A DNA stretch of 51,919 nt. Origin: Dirinaria sp. TL-2023a. Lineage: Eukaryota. The position numbers and the translations under genes were made by a program. This document shows, one piece after another, positions 21,777-35,800 of this stretch (position 1 is the first letter of the stretch; each line of letters begins with the position of its first letter). The notes under the pieces were generated by a model. It saw only the letters and a program-made list of their open reading frames with translations, was not told where the DNA came from and did no database searches. The stretch lies in contig JAVEBF010000020.1 in assembly GCA_051941275.1 (NCBI GenBank), positions 1-51,919 of the forward strand, read 5' to 3'.

Positions 21777-24700
21777 TCAAGCCGCAGGAGCAGATGATGG
21801 CATTGTGCGAGTAGTCCCTTCGTCGAAGCCATCATCCTCCACCGCACCGCTGCCTGCAATAATCTCGCCCAAGAGCGAATGGTTGGACTTCTTCTTGCTC
21901 GATACTCCGTTGCTTCCTTTGCCCTTCTTGGGCGCCTCCGCTCCCGTATTGTTGCCGGAAGCTGTGCTGCTCTTGTTGCCCTTCGCTCCTTTCCCGCCTT
22001 TAGACTTCTTAGCATCCTTTTTCGATTTCTTCTTCCCAGCGCTGTCGGCGAATAGCTCAGGGATTAAATGGTCGGAGTCGGAGTCCAAGTCCTCTTCGAC
22101 GTAGATAAATGGCGCGCCGTCATTATCGGTCTTTACAGGACCGAATAACTCCATCAGCTCTTGCACCGTCATTTTCTGTAGGATTTTGTTTTCGTCCATT
22201 GCTTTGCTGATTTCTTCGCGCTTCCTCTCCTGCATCTCGATGAGTTTCTCGTCCACGGTGTCTTGGACGATGAATCTCGTAATAATGGTTTCGGAAGTCT
22301 GTCCAATGCGATACACCCGACAAAAGGCTACAAACGTTTATTAGAGCTTTTTTCCCAGGTAAGAAGTAGGAAACGGACCTTGTTGTTCGACATCAGAGTT
22401 GAACCACAAATCGGTACAGATGACCCTAGAAGCCATGGTAAGGTTGAGGCCAATACCACCGCATTTCAAAGACGCGATCATGATTTTGATTTCCGGATCA
22501 TCTTGGAAGTTGCTGCTCGTCTTATCCCGAGCATCGTGCGACATCTTGCCATGATACTTTTTTACGCGTGTCAATGTTATACACTCGGAGGATAGGGGGC
22601 TGCTCACCGTGCAATAATTCCAGCCTTGCTGCTGGAATTGGCGTGCGAGTATCTCTATCCTGTTTACTATAAGCACAAGTACTTCTAAACCGACAGAGTA
22701 TCAAGGTACCAACATTAAATGCCACTGACAAAAAACGATGATTTTCTTGTCGGGTTCCTCGCTCAGCCACTGGTCGATTTGTGTTTGTACGGCGGCTGAT
22801 TTTGTTGAAGATAAAACCTTTCCGTCCCGGTCAATCCATTTCATGCTCTCCTCCTGGCTTCTGGGCTCCCGGCGCCGCCTAGATTCGTCAGAAGATGCTG
22901 CATATGGCATTTGCAATTCTGATATTCCCCCGCACAGGCTAGCGGACTCAAATACTTCACCGCACTCTAGGCACGCTGTTCGCGTCTCTCCGTTTCGAGA
23001 CGATTGGTAGGACATGTCGAGCAGACATTCTTGGCAGTATGCGTGAGAGCAACTAGTCATCCAGGGGTCGACTGCGACCTCTTTGCATTTGTGGCATATA
23101 GTTCGCTCCTTAAACTCTGACATGTTATTTGATGCCATCCTGCGAAGGTCCTTTCCAAATTTGGAAGAAGGGTATTTGGGAACGGGGCCTGTCTGGCTAT
23201 TCTCGACAGGCTGGTCGGGACATGTTGTACTCCATCCTGAGTAGGCAGTATTGAGCGACTTTTCAGCAATCATCGCTCGCAATTTCGAGACCATCTCTTG
23301 ACCATGGTCCTCTTCGGCAGCGACTTCTGGAGCTGTCATCCGGAACATTCTCTCAAGGTCTTCGGTCGTGAAGGAACGTTCAATGGTACCTTGAATTAGG
23401 AAAAGGTGAGCAGTCATCTGCCTTAATCTCGTAAGGAGCGTCAAGATCAAAGCCTTCAGAAGTTCGGCGTCTTCAGACTTCGCGACTCTGAAGATGTTAG
23501 TAGCCGTACAGTATACGTAGACGGTGCCTCACTTGTTGATTGCTCGGATATAGCGGATGCGGATCTCGTCATATACTACTCGCTCTGTTACATTGAACAC
23601 GAGCTTCTTCGTTCGTTGATCACTATGTGGCAAGCTCACTATTGGAGCACCCAGCAGCTTTGTTGCATAAGTCCTTCGAAGCATAAATCGACCCAGATAG
23701 CTGTGCAGGCGTGAGATACATTTTCTGTTCTCCTTCAAGCAAAAGTTTTGGTGAAATAAGTGGAAGGAGCCCGTGTGCTTGACTCGGAGAAATCGAAAGT
23801 ACGGGAAAAGTTCCTCGATACTGTTGTGTATTGGCGTCGCTGTGAGTGCCCAGCGCATACTGTATGATCCGTTAGAGTGTGTCTATATCTTGTAAAGGGT
23901 CTGAGGTCAGAGTCACTCAGCCATCAGCCCACGGCATGCGATCGATGTCTTTGATCTATGATTTTTGATGGCTTGAGCTTCTACAAACTTTGTTAGACTC
24001 AGTAGCTCTTAGGTTTAGCATTACAAGCTCACCATCGAGGACTGGCCGCAGAGGTTAGTATTTGTTATCAACTTATGCAACAGCTTCATAACACTCACCC
24101 ACTCGATAGAAATGAACTCGGTGAAGCTCTTTTCGTTCCTTTTCCCAAATCGGAGTCCACCACGCTTTGACCTGCACTATTGCTTTAGATCGAATCGTAT
24201 CCAGGATGCTAGATAGACCAACCTCTTCTTCTGTAGTATTCGGTCTTTTAAGCTCCGGAGGAAGCTGGCAGTCAGGATATGATTTGATCAGCTTCACTTC
24301 GTATTAGTAATTTATTAATTGCCTGAAGATTTCTGGAACAACCTCTTGGTATGTTGTTAACCTACACACACATGTTAGCATATCCTCAGTAAATTTCAAT
24401 CAAACTTACACGATGTCAGCGTGTTCCAAAATTGTTACAGCGCCAGGACCAGAAATGCGATTAGACCTGGAGTGTCTTATGATCTGTGAGAAGACGCCAT
24501 CTTTCAGGTGCTTCGCCAATTCACGTTCCCCTTAGGATTCAATCAGTGATTGAACTTACTGTATGTGAGGAACGTGGTCTGCTCACATTGGTTCAACAAG
24601 TTTTGGTTAGCGACAATCAGCGTCGACCGGTATTTCGTTGACTTAGGCTTGTTTACGACCATGGTTGCTGGATCCATATGTTAACATCATAGTCATCACA

Positions 24701-26473
24701 GAACCAAGGGTACAATACCGATCATCTCTATTGTCTCTTTGGCTGTTTTTAGCTCCGACAGGTACCAATGCTGCCTAAACTTACTTCCAAGGCCCATAGC
24801 GTCTGCCAACAGACCCCCATTAGGCCGGACCCTGTCCACTTCTCTGTCTCTCTGTGGAATATTGTCAGCACATGAAACATTGGAGAACGCTGACGTACCA
24901 TCCAGGACGCGCCAAGTACTTGATGATTATACAGGGACGACTTCATGCCTATCTTCATCAGCTTAGAAAATTCGAACCCATATCTTTCAAGCAAACCTTT
25001 GAGCGTCCATTTGCCCTCGCCATCTGTGGCCACTGCGCGGAACCCGAGATTTCTCGTAGCTTTCAAGATTCGCTGCTTGTCACTTCCTGCTGCTCTCCTG
25101 TCTTCGATGGGCATGCTTGCAATAAGGCTCGTCATAGCCTTTGATTTCGATACCTCGGTATCTACCGGCAATGCAGGCTCATTAGCATTGGCAGCAGCGT
25201 CCTCAAAGACATTGCTGCTCAAAAGACTACCCAAAGTACGACTGTTAGCAGCTCCGACAGGCTTAGATTTGTTAACTTTGCGTTTTTCGTTTGGCGTAGC
25301 GTTGGTGCCGCCATCCAAATTTGCCCCATCTCTTTCGTCTAGAGCCTCATTATTGTGCATAGTGTCGTTGGCTTTCTTAGCTTTCGATTCCTCCTTGCGT
25401 TTGATCTTTGCCAGTATCTCCTCAATACCCGCAAGCATGCTCCGCAATCGCTCTTCTTCGTAATACTTGTTGAGATGGGTTGCTCTCGCGCGTTTTGGGC
25501 GCGAATCCCTACTCATACAGACCATAGATCAGCACAAGACTCAGGAAGCAGACGCAGATCACCTTACAGTTCTTCGTCGTCGGATGCTTTTTCCGAACCT
25601 ACAGAACGGCGGCGCTTACGCACTGACTTATCGGTGTCATGTAACGGCACAAAGAGAGGCTGAAAATTCTCCTCCACTGCTTCATCGGAATCGTCACTGC
25701 CATCGATTAGAGCATTTCTCGCAGCTGCTCGCTAATCTGAGGTACCTGTCCACTGGCCCCCACCCGCGCAGATTTTCCGGCTTGATGCTAGCCAGTCGCG
25801 TCTTTTCTTTCTCATTGGCGACTTTAAATAAAATGTCGTCTTCTTGGGTATTCTGTCCAGCCTTGCACTTGGCTTTATAGGCTTTCTTGGCCTGACGGAA
25901 CCTAAGAACTGCATCAAGAGTTGTCATGACGAAACACGAGGACAGTAATACGCACGTTGAGGCATCGTCATCATCACTGCTATTTGAAGCTTTGACGTAA
26001 TCGCTCTCGCCTTCTTCGATGGTATTAGGTGGCTCAACGCTTCGTCTGTCCGCAGTTGGCTCAAACAATCCAGGAGGATTGTCGAAAATATGCTGAGAGT
26101 CTTTGAAGATTGCACCTGCTCCGGTGACTGTTGGTTCTCTACGTGAATGACCTGTCAACGCTTGTTGCAGAAGGTCCATCATCTCGAAGTCGTCATTATC
26201 AGATGCGGCGGGATGAGCGCCAACTAGGTCGAAGTCCATCGTAGTCAGATCATTGTCTGCAAAGAAGGTTTCATTCTCCGAGTGAGCGGGCAAGTCTTCC
26301 GTGTTATAACCATTCGATTGTTGAAGAGCATAGTTATTGTCGTTAGGCTCTAAGATTTCACTTAGGTCCATTGGGGGTTGGGTTCCTGTCAAGTCGGAAT
26401 GTTCGCGGTTCTCCTCATCGATGAAGTCTGATGCTGGACTATCCTGGTGATGTTGCCCGCTTGCGCGCGCCAT
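21777..26473 (-). CDS. SNF2-family ATPase with embedded RING finger (Rad5/Rad16/Uls1-like), ~1255 aa, 19 exons
   Basis: Introns 25955-25902, 25745-25697, 25567-25509, 24996-24949, 24898-24852, 24784-24737, 24718-24668, 24586-24531, 24409-24362, 24342-24292, 24222-24172, 24098-24042, 24032-23981, 23916-23860, 23532-23488, 22713-22660, 22607-22557, 22378-22328 give one phase-consistent 3768-nt CDS. Motifs GGLLADAMGLGKT, TLIVA...LLNQW, DIVLTTY, RVVLDEAQAIKN, RWALTATPIHN, LTRLRQ, RING CHKC..CSHAYCQEC..CLEC, SLKCGGIGLNLTMA, EQQAFCRVYRIGQ. Confidence 0.9.
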
Positions 26474-29195
26474 TTTGGTGGTCTTGGAATGACTGATAGA
26501 TCACTTTAGTATTAGCCGGTGAGAGATGCGGAGCTTCGACTCAATTGAATGATATGCAAAGTGAGATGAGCTCAGGAGGTGTTGAATTGGACCGGTTTCC
26601 CTAATGCCATGAAGTTATTAGCAAAGTGAGGATTGGCAGCAGCCTTGAATCAGTAGAACGATATGATAAAATCTCAGTATCCCCTAATTAAAACGGGCAG
26701 ATTGCTAAAAGCTCAGATAGACGGGATAGCAGTGAAAATAGCTCTGGGTGATACAGAGCGTATCCTAGCTTAAGACACGATTGTTATGTATAGAGAAGCG
26801 AGGAATGGTGCTCGAAGGGGATGAGAGCTTGTAGATCATGGCAGGAGTCAGATGTCACCTTCGAAGTAATGAAGTATGAGGCAAATAACTTCTTGAGGGA
26901 CGCCGCGCTCTGGTACAGTAGAAAATCCCGATATTCTTGACTCGGTGGCGAGATGATAAAGGGACGAAGGCACTGAAAAGAAGTATGAGTAGCGAAATGA
27001 CCCACCACGACAGTAAAGTGAGGTTCACCGGTTAGTGACCAAGCCAGAAGATAAAGCGTGAAAGCAGAAAGTTGGAACTTGCAGAAGCTAGTAGCAGCCG
27101 CAGTGTAAAATTTTGATGCGTGTCAGTAGACTACGCCAGTAGCCATCAAGTATAATTGAAAGGATGGCTGAGGTATTGCGATGGAAGAAAACAGAAGCTG
27201 ACTTACTCAACGCAGTGAGGTCGACAAATTGAGTTGAATTAGCCGGAGGTGGCCAATTTGATTATGAGTGATTGCTAATCTGAACGAGAAGCAAAGCACA
27301 TAGCTGCTCCATTGAATCCAGATGTATATAGCAATATCCAAAGCTCATTAGAGATGGGACGTTGAGGCTTTTTTAAGGCCTTGTTCCGCAAGTGAAAGAT
27401 ATGAGAGGGCGGAAGATAGCTGACTGGCTAAGAAAATCCGGTAGATGCTTCTCCGGTGAAGTCAGCAACTATCAATGGCCAAAAGAGAGGAGTGAGGTTG
27501 AATACCCGAGTCTAGTGAAATACTTAGAATCCGATACCGGCACGGATGAACGTATGATTGAGGACACAGGATGTGAACGATATTGCACTAAAATCAAAGT
27601 CGATTCCGGCGATTTTCTAGCTGCTGAGAACAGAACCACTTTAAAGTTGCAAGGTCATCAGCTTGACGATTCAAGTAGCTCAGCCAGAAATCTGATGGGA
27701 ACTCAGATGAGGAGATGATGTACCAGATGATGCAATCGGTAGCCCAATTACGTAGACCGAATGAATTGAATTGAAATTCAAGTGAAATTCAAGTGAATGG
27801 AATGAAGCTCAAAGCGTGAGGAGATTGATTTGACGAGGTCGCCAATTGATTGTAGATCACTCGCAAGATATCTGCGGCTCAATTGGTAGAAAAGCCTTGA
27901 TGCATGGGGGGCGCTCCGTTGGTACAGCTGTCTAAGCAGCAGATGCAGCCCCACCTCAGAGTAGTAAGATGTCTACTCGTCAATAGTAGAAGCCAGACAT
28001 CGCGGCTCGAAATACGAAGCCAAACAATGGCACGTAGTACTGGATGGAAGATGCCTGTGACGCTAAGGCAGAGCAAGAAGATGGGTCGTGTTAAAGTTGG
28101 GTCTCGTTCTCGGATTTGCTGCTGAAATCAACATTTGTGAACATCGAGAGATCAAACTCCATCTCCAAAACTAGGCCGAGCTTTTCAACCGAACAATCTC
28201 GTGTTAGCCATAGAAGGGACAGATTCTCGATGACAACTTACTGATCCAGCCGCTTTTCAGCTATAGCAGCTACCTCGTGTCACAGCCTAACCAATGCTTT
28301 GGCTAGAATGGCCATTTGTTGACTTCCGCATTGGCATGTTGTCGTAAGGTTTTACCATAGTTACTCAACAACAATGGCTCCCAGTTCACTTGACAGAACC
28401 CTGAAATAAGCACCTTGCCCTGGCATGGAATGCAGGACTATAAGCGCTCGAGAGGCGAGTGGTCTGGGTGGCGCATTTGTGGAGTAGCAAGTAGCATAGA
28501 AGTAGCCGAGCGATAGTTGCGAACCCCTATCGACTTTTGGGAGTTCTATTGTTTCGGTGTTGGCATTCGAAAATTGTCAAGTACAGTAGTTCATGTCTCG
28601 CTATGAATTTTTCTACGGAAGTCGCAACGGGTCAGGTCCGAGGTATTCACTCATATCAACTGCGCCAGTGCAAACTAGCATCTTGTTAGCGTCTGAAATC
28701 TCAATGTTAAGTATAGGTCTATGGTGGGATCTTTCCTCGGCTATCAACTATTGGCCCTATCGTAATCAACACCGCACATCGAGGAAAGAAGCATCACCGG
28801 TATTTGTCAGCTCATGGATAGCGAGTTTTGAGGTACCACTATCATTGCCTGCAAACCCATAGCAAAGTTTGTTGCGTGTTCGTCATTTTATGCCTTTGAT
28901 CTAAAGAAAATTAAGAAACGACAGGATATGTACACTAGAAGATAACTTCAAGAAGCTCGTGTCTGGGCACAGCATCTACAGAAAGTGCCCGACACGCGTC
29001 TCAGCATTACCTTCTACAGTTCCGTGGTCCCAAGGGAAAATGGAAAACGCCCAACATGGTGCCAGCGGTCTCGTGAACATTCGTCAATAGTTAAGCCGAG
29101 TATATGTCGACCACGTATCAAAAAGCCTGCAATGGAAGGTAGCTTGCGAAAGACTGTCACTACACCAAGCGAATAGTAGACGTGCAGTTATTGGC

Positions 29196-31283
29196 TCACG
29201 AGCCAGGGATCGCGGGATAGAACCTACAAAGCTATTAGTGAGACCAGTCAGGAAGGCATCCGTCTCCATCAACATACCATGCCGCAATCGCTATTATCAG
29301 ATACAGAGTCATCAGCAGAACGCCTTCAAGCCTGGACGGAGTCAGTCATGATATGGCGGAAAACTTTCTGGATACGCACCAATGCGATTTCCCATCTGCA
29401 ATCAAGTAGTTGACCAATAAAACAGCAACGAACAAAACGGCAATTTGGAATCCGTCAAAGTCAAGGTTCATGTTGTCATTGCCCAGGATCCAGCCAAGCA
29501 CGACGATAAAGGGGATCACTAGGAGGGCGATTTGCATGCTGGAGCCCACAGCGACGCCAATAGCGAGATCCTAAGAAAGGTCCGGATTAGGTTTATTGAT
29601 TACTTTCTGGTGGATCACTAATAAGCCTGGGGCAGAGAAAGCCAAACATACCATTTTATCCTTGCAAGCCACTGTTACAGCTGTCGCATGCTCCGCTGCA
29701 TTTCCAACGATAGGCAGTAGAATCAGTCCAACAAAGGTTTTGGAGAGGCCACCTCTTTCTGTAAGAGCATTGATACTGTCGACCATATACTCGGCACAAA
29801 TAGCGACCAATGCTGTGGAAGCAGCCAGAGTGAACATTGCCACCCAGATGCTCAGCCGAGGTTCCTCCTTGTCGTCTTCTTCTTCTGGCGCTCTTGTGAT
29901 ATTGGCTTGAGCCACGGGACCTCCCATCGTAGAAGCACCAGCGCCCATCGTTCCAAGGCTTTTACTGACTTCGCCGCCCTCGACCTTGGTACGTCGCTTG
30001 TCTACTTTCTGGCTTGGAGCATTGTAAATCTCAGTGTGCGTTTTGAGTTGAAAGAAAAGATAGCAGGCGTATACGAGTAGTAGCAGGACTGCCGTCCCCC
30101 GAGATAGAGCAGCAATGTGCTGAGTTTTCACTTCGGCATCTGCAAGCAAGCTTAGTACGCGTAGGCCTTAGTAGATCATAAAAAGACTGACTAGCTTCGC
30201 CCGCTGCCCAGGCTTGAAAGGCCGCCGGTATAATCAAGCTACCAACAGCCAGAGCTAGCAGACTTGCTGCGGTTTGCGCTACAACAACGTTGAAGTTTTG
30301 CTCTAGCCTATTCCAGCCACCAAAGAAGAAGCACATGCCCATAACGAGCAGAAGGTTCGAAAGCATGCTACCGATCAGCGATGTCTGTACGATCACGATC
30401 TGCGGGGGCTTTGCCACTAAGGCTAGGATCGAGACGATGAGCTCCACTGCATTACTAGAACCGAGATGAGAAATAGATCGGGAGCTCTTTGGATTCTCGG
30501 CTTACCCGAATGTTGCGTTGAGCAGTCCACCAATGGTCTCACCAGTCCGCAATGCGATCTCTTCAGTCGCATATGACAGCATTGCGGCCAACGGAATGAT
30601 GCCAATAAAATTGATGACGAACACTGCGACCGGGTCCACGTTAGCATAGTTGACCGCTATGCCAACGGGAACTGCAATCAAAAGAATGTTGACCCATGAG
30701 TTGAGTAAGGTGGCTTTGAACTGTGAAAAGGGCGTAAATTTCTTTTTGGGTTTCTGCGATCCCGAACTGTTCGTATGCTCAATATTTCCGTTGCTTTTTT
30801 CTTGATGCAGCATGGGAATCTTCAGCCGTCGCCTGAGAAATGTGGGTTCCTCCTCTTCAACAGCAGTTTGGCTTGTGCCTGTTCCTGAATCCTGGCTCTT
30901 CTCGGGCTCCTCTTCAATCGTCACATCCGTGACGTTGGACGGGCCACCTCCACCTCCACTCCCGCCTGCGCCGGTGGACGTTGGCATGGTATTGGCATGT
31001 TGTGGCCCAGAATAGTCCTGATTTTGACCTCTCCGGCTCAGTTCGATGGATGGCGTGACAGCGGACTCTGACTGATTCGTCTTGACTGCGCGTAGTCCAT
31101 TCTCCTCGTCGGGCTTGCGTCGGCGCTGTCCATGGAGCTTCTGGAAAGGGTTGAGATTCCGTTCATTCTCGTCACTCCACCATGCGTGTTGGCGCGCGGC
31201 CGCGCGATATTTGTCTATCGGTAGCTTGTCAGCGGACACCATAGTTTAGCTAACATGACTCGCGGTGGCTGGAACTGACGCAT
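29196..31283 (-). CDS. VCX1: Vacuolar Ca2+/H+ exchanger (CAX/VCX1 family), ~578 aa, 7 exons
   Basis: Exons 31283-31280, 31214-30506, 30454-30192, 30139-29652, 29570-29380, 29331-29278, 29223-29196. Signatures [67 protein letters not shown]. The 4-nt first exon is less certain; the in-intron ATG at 31242 is an alternative start. Confidence 0.92.
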
Positions 31284-32802
31284 TAATGCTTCTGGATATC
31301 AAAGCTGCTCGTCGCTCCGCGAGAGCAAGAATTGATGGGGTGTCGTAGCTGGTATCAAGGGTCAGCATCGCAAGGCAGTTCAGAGTTTCAAAAGATACCG
31401 CCTTACAGGGTGGTGTCAAAGTGGCTAAGCTGATGGGTGGCAGCCTGAAGGATCAGCAGCGCCCAGTGGGAATGGGTAGATGTTTGAAAATGGTTAGGCG
31501 TAGGATTTGGATTTAAGTGGTTGCTAGGGCTTGTTTGGGTGGTGCAGGCTGGCGGATGTTGAGGGTCTTGGGGTACGTGTTGCATAAATACGATCGCGCA
31601 ACGTAAAGTAGCAGTGAACCCGGAGGAAAACTGTATGGGAAGATGAATAGTGTGCGGAATACTGCTTCAGTTGCAAGTGGTTTGATTATTGGAGGTCAGG
31701 CAAAGAGGTTTGTCCGCATCTGGGGGAGTGTACGGTAGTAATTGCTGTGCTGGTGAAGGACCCTGGGCGGAACGTTGGCACTTGGCAGCAGGGCAGACCT
31801 GATTTCGGCCAGTTGCCAAGGCACTCTACCGTGATGCCTGAGACCTCCTGACCTTACCTAAGCGGTGCCAAGGCCACATCCGATTGGACGATCTGGGAAA
31901 GGGGGAAGGGTACTCCGTATGTACTGTACTCCGTGCGGAGTACTCCGTACTGCCTACCGTACCTAGAGGTTAGGTGTATTTGCCTAATGGGGGTAGGTAA
32001 GGTACAGTAGTGATTATTCACCGGGCTTGTCAACAACAAGGAAGCTGAAAGATATTCCACATGACGACAATTTATTGCAGTCCCATGGGTAATCACCAAG
32101 TGGGATCTACCTAAGGTACACTCTTAGCTCATCAGCGCAACGATGAACGGTTATTAGCTTCGTTTTCATTCGCACAATTTGCCCCTTCGAGGCTCGTACA
32201 GTCGTACTCATACCTTCGAATTTCCCAGCCGCATCTACACCCCTAAGGTAGCAAATTTTCATGACGCCGTCTTCCTTGGCTTCACCGACGTCTGACAGTA
32301 ACATCACTGCCATTGTTATTATTGTTATTATTGCAGTCTCCAAACACGAAAGTCTATTCCCTAGTATCCCTCTGAAACAAGGTGTACGTGACAAGTCATT
32401 GGCGCGTCGCTGTGTCGGAAGTGTCGCACAATTCAGGCACACAGCAAAATCGCACGAAACATCTTCATTATTGTGTCCCACGATTGAGCGTCGCATATTC
32501 TGCCACCATTCCTCAAGCTGTGATCGTGTTGGGTTTGAGTGACCGCTGCCAGTCCCGCGGCTCAGCGCCGTGGCTGCTTAACTACCTTGGAACCCTGCCT
32601 GATACGAGGTGTGGCTATACAAGAGGTTGTACATTCTCTACATGGAAGATGACTTGCGCATCATACGACCCAACAGATGTACAATGAAAATCTGTCTGAT
32701 GATTAATCGATTGCGCCGGCTGCATGAAACTCAACTGTCTATGGCGTTCGAAGTTGGGCGACGGTTCCGCAAACCATAATCTGAAGCACGGCAAAGGCAG
32801 AC

Positions 32803-35800
32803 ATGCAGCAACGCTGCTCCTTGTCCGTACATGACGAATCAGCCTCAGAGGCGGACGTCTTCCTCAACCTATCTCTCTTCCCTTCTGACACGTTCGTGGT
32901 GGGCGAAGTGGTACGAATTACTGCTGCCCATGAGGATCACATACTGAACGCCGGGACCTCGTCTCGCCAGACTCACGTAAATGCGTCAACCCAGGGACGA
33001 CAGGGCCGACTACATGGGCAAGAAGCGGCTTTGAAGAAAGATCATACTCATGCGTCCCAAGACTTACGGCTCAGTGGCAATGATGCTCCGGATCCGGCAA
33101 GAGGTTATCTGTTCAAAGTTAAAGATGCGGACCCAGAAATGCTAGCCAGATTTTCCGACGTGCGGGTATGTTGTGAGGTATACTCACTATCGGTGCGTCG
33201 GTGGCTCACAGCTCGCTATAGATATCAATATTATCCCGTGTAGCCACGGCTTTCGGATTGAAAAATCGGTCCCCTATCTTTCTTACGAAGGTGCATTCCG
33301 ATGTCACATTCGCCGTAAAGTTGCATACTAAATGGCCCAGGTCATTTTTTCAGAGTGCAAAGCTTCTCACGTAGAAATTATCTTTAGAGAGGTACAATAC
33401 CGCCCTTCGTATGACCACTAGATGGGTGAAATACGCTCTCCCTCAAAAATCCGAATCATATTCTCGAGTGAAAGCGCTAACCTGCACGGATTGGTAGGAA
33501 TACCTAACTCGTGCGGATATGTGGCACCTGACCATGGCCGAGTTAGCGGATCGGACGGTATACAAGGAGCAGAAAATTTGGTTTCTGCGTACGATCAAGG
33601 CGTCCGTCAGCAATGTGTTCGTCAATGGCCAAAAGGTTCAGTCCGCTCTGTTCAGTGCATCTACAAAGCCAATATTCCGTAGCGAGTCAGCCCGTTACGT
33701 TCTCTTTATCCAAATGTCCAAGGAAATGTGGGATTTTGATGCCTGCGGTAGTGGTGAACTCATGTTCAATCAAGCCGTGGACGGCTTCTTACCCGAGCTG
33801 CTCCGGCGTTGGCAGCGATTGAACGTAAAGCATATCGTCAGCGTCGTTCTGTTTACAAGGATAGAATACGAGACACAGCTCGATAGAGAGAAAGTACGCT
33901 ATCTTGGTGCGCTCCTGGTATACTCTGTTTTTCGAGACTGATCGTGGCAGCATTCCGATTTCTATCGCGTAGTTGTGAGTGATATGGCGAGTGGCGAGTG
34001 GGAGTATATACTCTCACGCTTGAGGTCAGAGTTCAAAGATTTTTTGAGAAGTGTCTGCATCCGCCGTCCCACACTAAGGGAACGTCATTCTCTTGAAGGA
34101 AGTCTGACGCACGCCTCAGATGAGTATCCAGACTGGGTCATTGCTGGAAAGCCATGTACAGCGGCCCGAGGAAATCTGCTGGAGGCAATCAACCTGGCGT
34201 CATCGCAATTCGCCTTTGACCATGTGGATCGCGACCTAGTCAGAACTGGCGTTTCCATCGCCGTCGTCACTCCAGGTGCTGGATTATTCGAGGTGGATCA
34301 CCAGCTACTCAGTACAACGACCGAAAATATAGTTGCCAACGGCATAGGCATAGATCTCATATGTTTATCCAGAATGCCACTACACTCGGTCCCTGTCTTC
34401 AAATACAAGCCAACATCGGAGGAGAACCATATTACATCATCAATGCGATTACCAACCCAACACACCCAAGATCGGCCTGATGTCAAATGGTCTTTTGGAA
34501 TTCCTTACTGGGTGGACGTGTCATTTTGGACGTCACCTACGGATCGTGGTGGCCGTCTGCCTGCGGGAACCCTGAACGCGCAGGATAGAGCAGGCAGCAT
34601 GTCAAGCAGTAATCCACGGAAGTCTTTCCGCCCACGAGTCAGCATGTACGAATTGCAGATGATGGGTGTCACGGAGGAAATGACGGACGACCTTTCCATT
34701 CCGTACATTCAATTAAGCCGTAGTATGTCAAATAAAAGTAAGAACGATGCCGGTTCAAATGATTCGAAGCTTTGGTCTAGCTATGAACATCCCTTTTCTC
34801 AAGTAACCGGCAAATCATTTAAGGAACGGGAATCACTAAAGGACATGGAATTCGCAAGATCTAGGGATGATCAGATCGCACATTGCATGGCTACATACGA
34901 TCAGGAAGTGTTCCATGATCCGGACGCTAGCCATTTACTCAAGGACAGCTACTCGAATTTGAGGAAGGCTCAGCTCAGCAATCTGCACTCAAAGGCACCT
35001 TACCCTCCACAAAAAGCGCCGTCGTATCACCCACCTTCGTTTGATGCAGATTCCAAGCATAGAAATCTGGTGTCAGATGTGCATGATAAGACTGTCGGCT
35101 ACTCTTCGATGGTCAGGGACTCAGCAGTTAGTAAACCATTGTTGGAAACAGCAAAGCAGAACTTACCTATGAGACGGAACAAATCAATGCGCCATACCAA
35201 CTTCGGGTTTCGAGGATTTGGTGCTACTGGACCGAAAGCGGTAGCAAGTACAGAACTTACTGCCGAGCATGCTAAGCCTGAATCGCGCCGTTCTGGAAAA
35301 CAGCTGTTGAGAGTCAATGCGAATAACACCTCTAATACGCACAGTGATACTTCAATTACGTCGAGACCCTCGAGTATGTACTCTTCTGAGTTTGACAGCG
35401 GTCCGCCCGGATCATTGCGATTTTCTGATGCCGAGGACCAACAGACGACTAGACCCATACCGATCCGAAAAGCAACCGCCTTCCGAATCGCCGGAAGAAC
35501 TGATGGCATTGAGGGCGAGAAGCGCATTCAACAACTTGGACCGGACGAGCAAAATACCGATAGCGATTCGTTATCCACTGGCAAAGCTTCCGGCCAAGCT
35601 TCAAAGATTTCACAAGCACCATTACCGGACCATAGGATAGAGCCCTGGTTGGTGATTCTTAATCCTTCGAATCCCAAAGTGAACATTGACTCGGTGAATC
35701 ACCTTGGAAAATGGCAGCATGTCTTCCCCCGGTCCTTACGCGCTTCAAAGATGAAATGGAGATCTTTATGTTGGCCAGCCGCTGTTCCTATCACTACTGA

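Noticed and set aside
24531..24586. Possible nested (stwintron) structure: internal CAG|TAAGT in a SNF2 intron
   Set aside because: The putative internal intron would be only 28 nt, and simple excision of 24586-24531 already restores the QW codons.
26500..29100. Hidden gene between SNF2 and VCX1 (ORFs 27392-27718, 28593-28862; short GAAATTCAAGT duplication near 27773)
   Set aside because: No recognisable protein motifs or coherent exon chain; the duplication is only two units.
32741..32779. Earlier ATG as the IML1 start
   Set aside because: It closes at TAA after 12 codons; 32803 is the first ATG in frame with the conserved N-terminal sequence.
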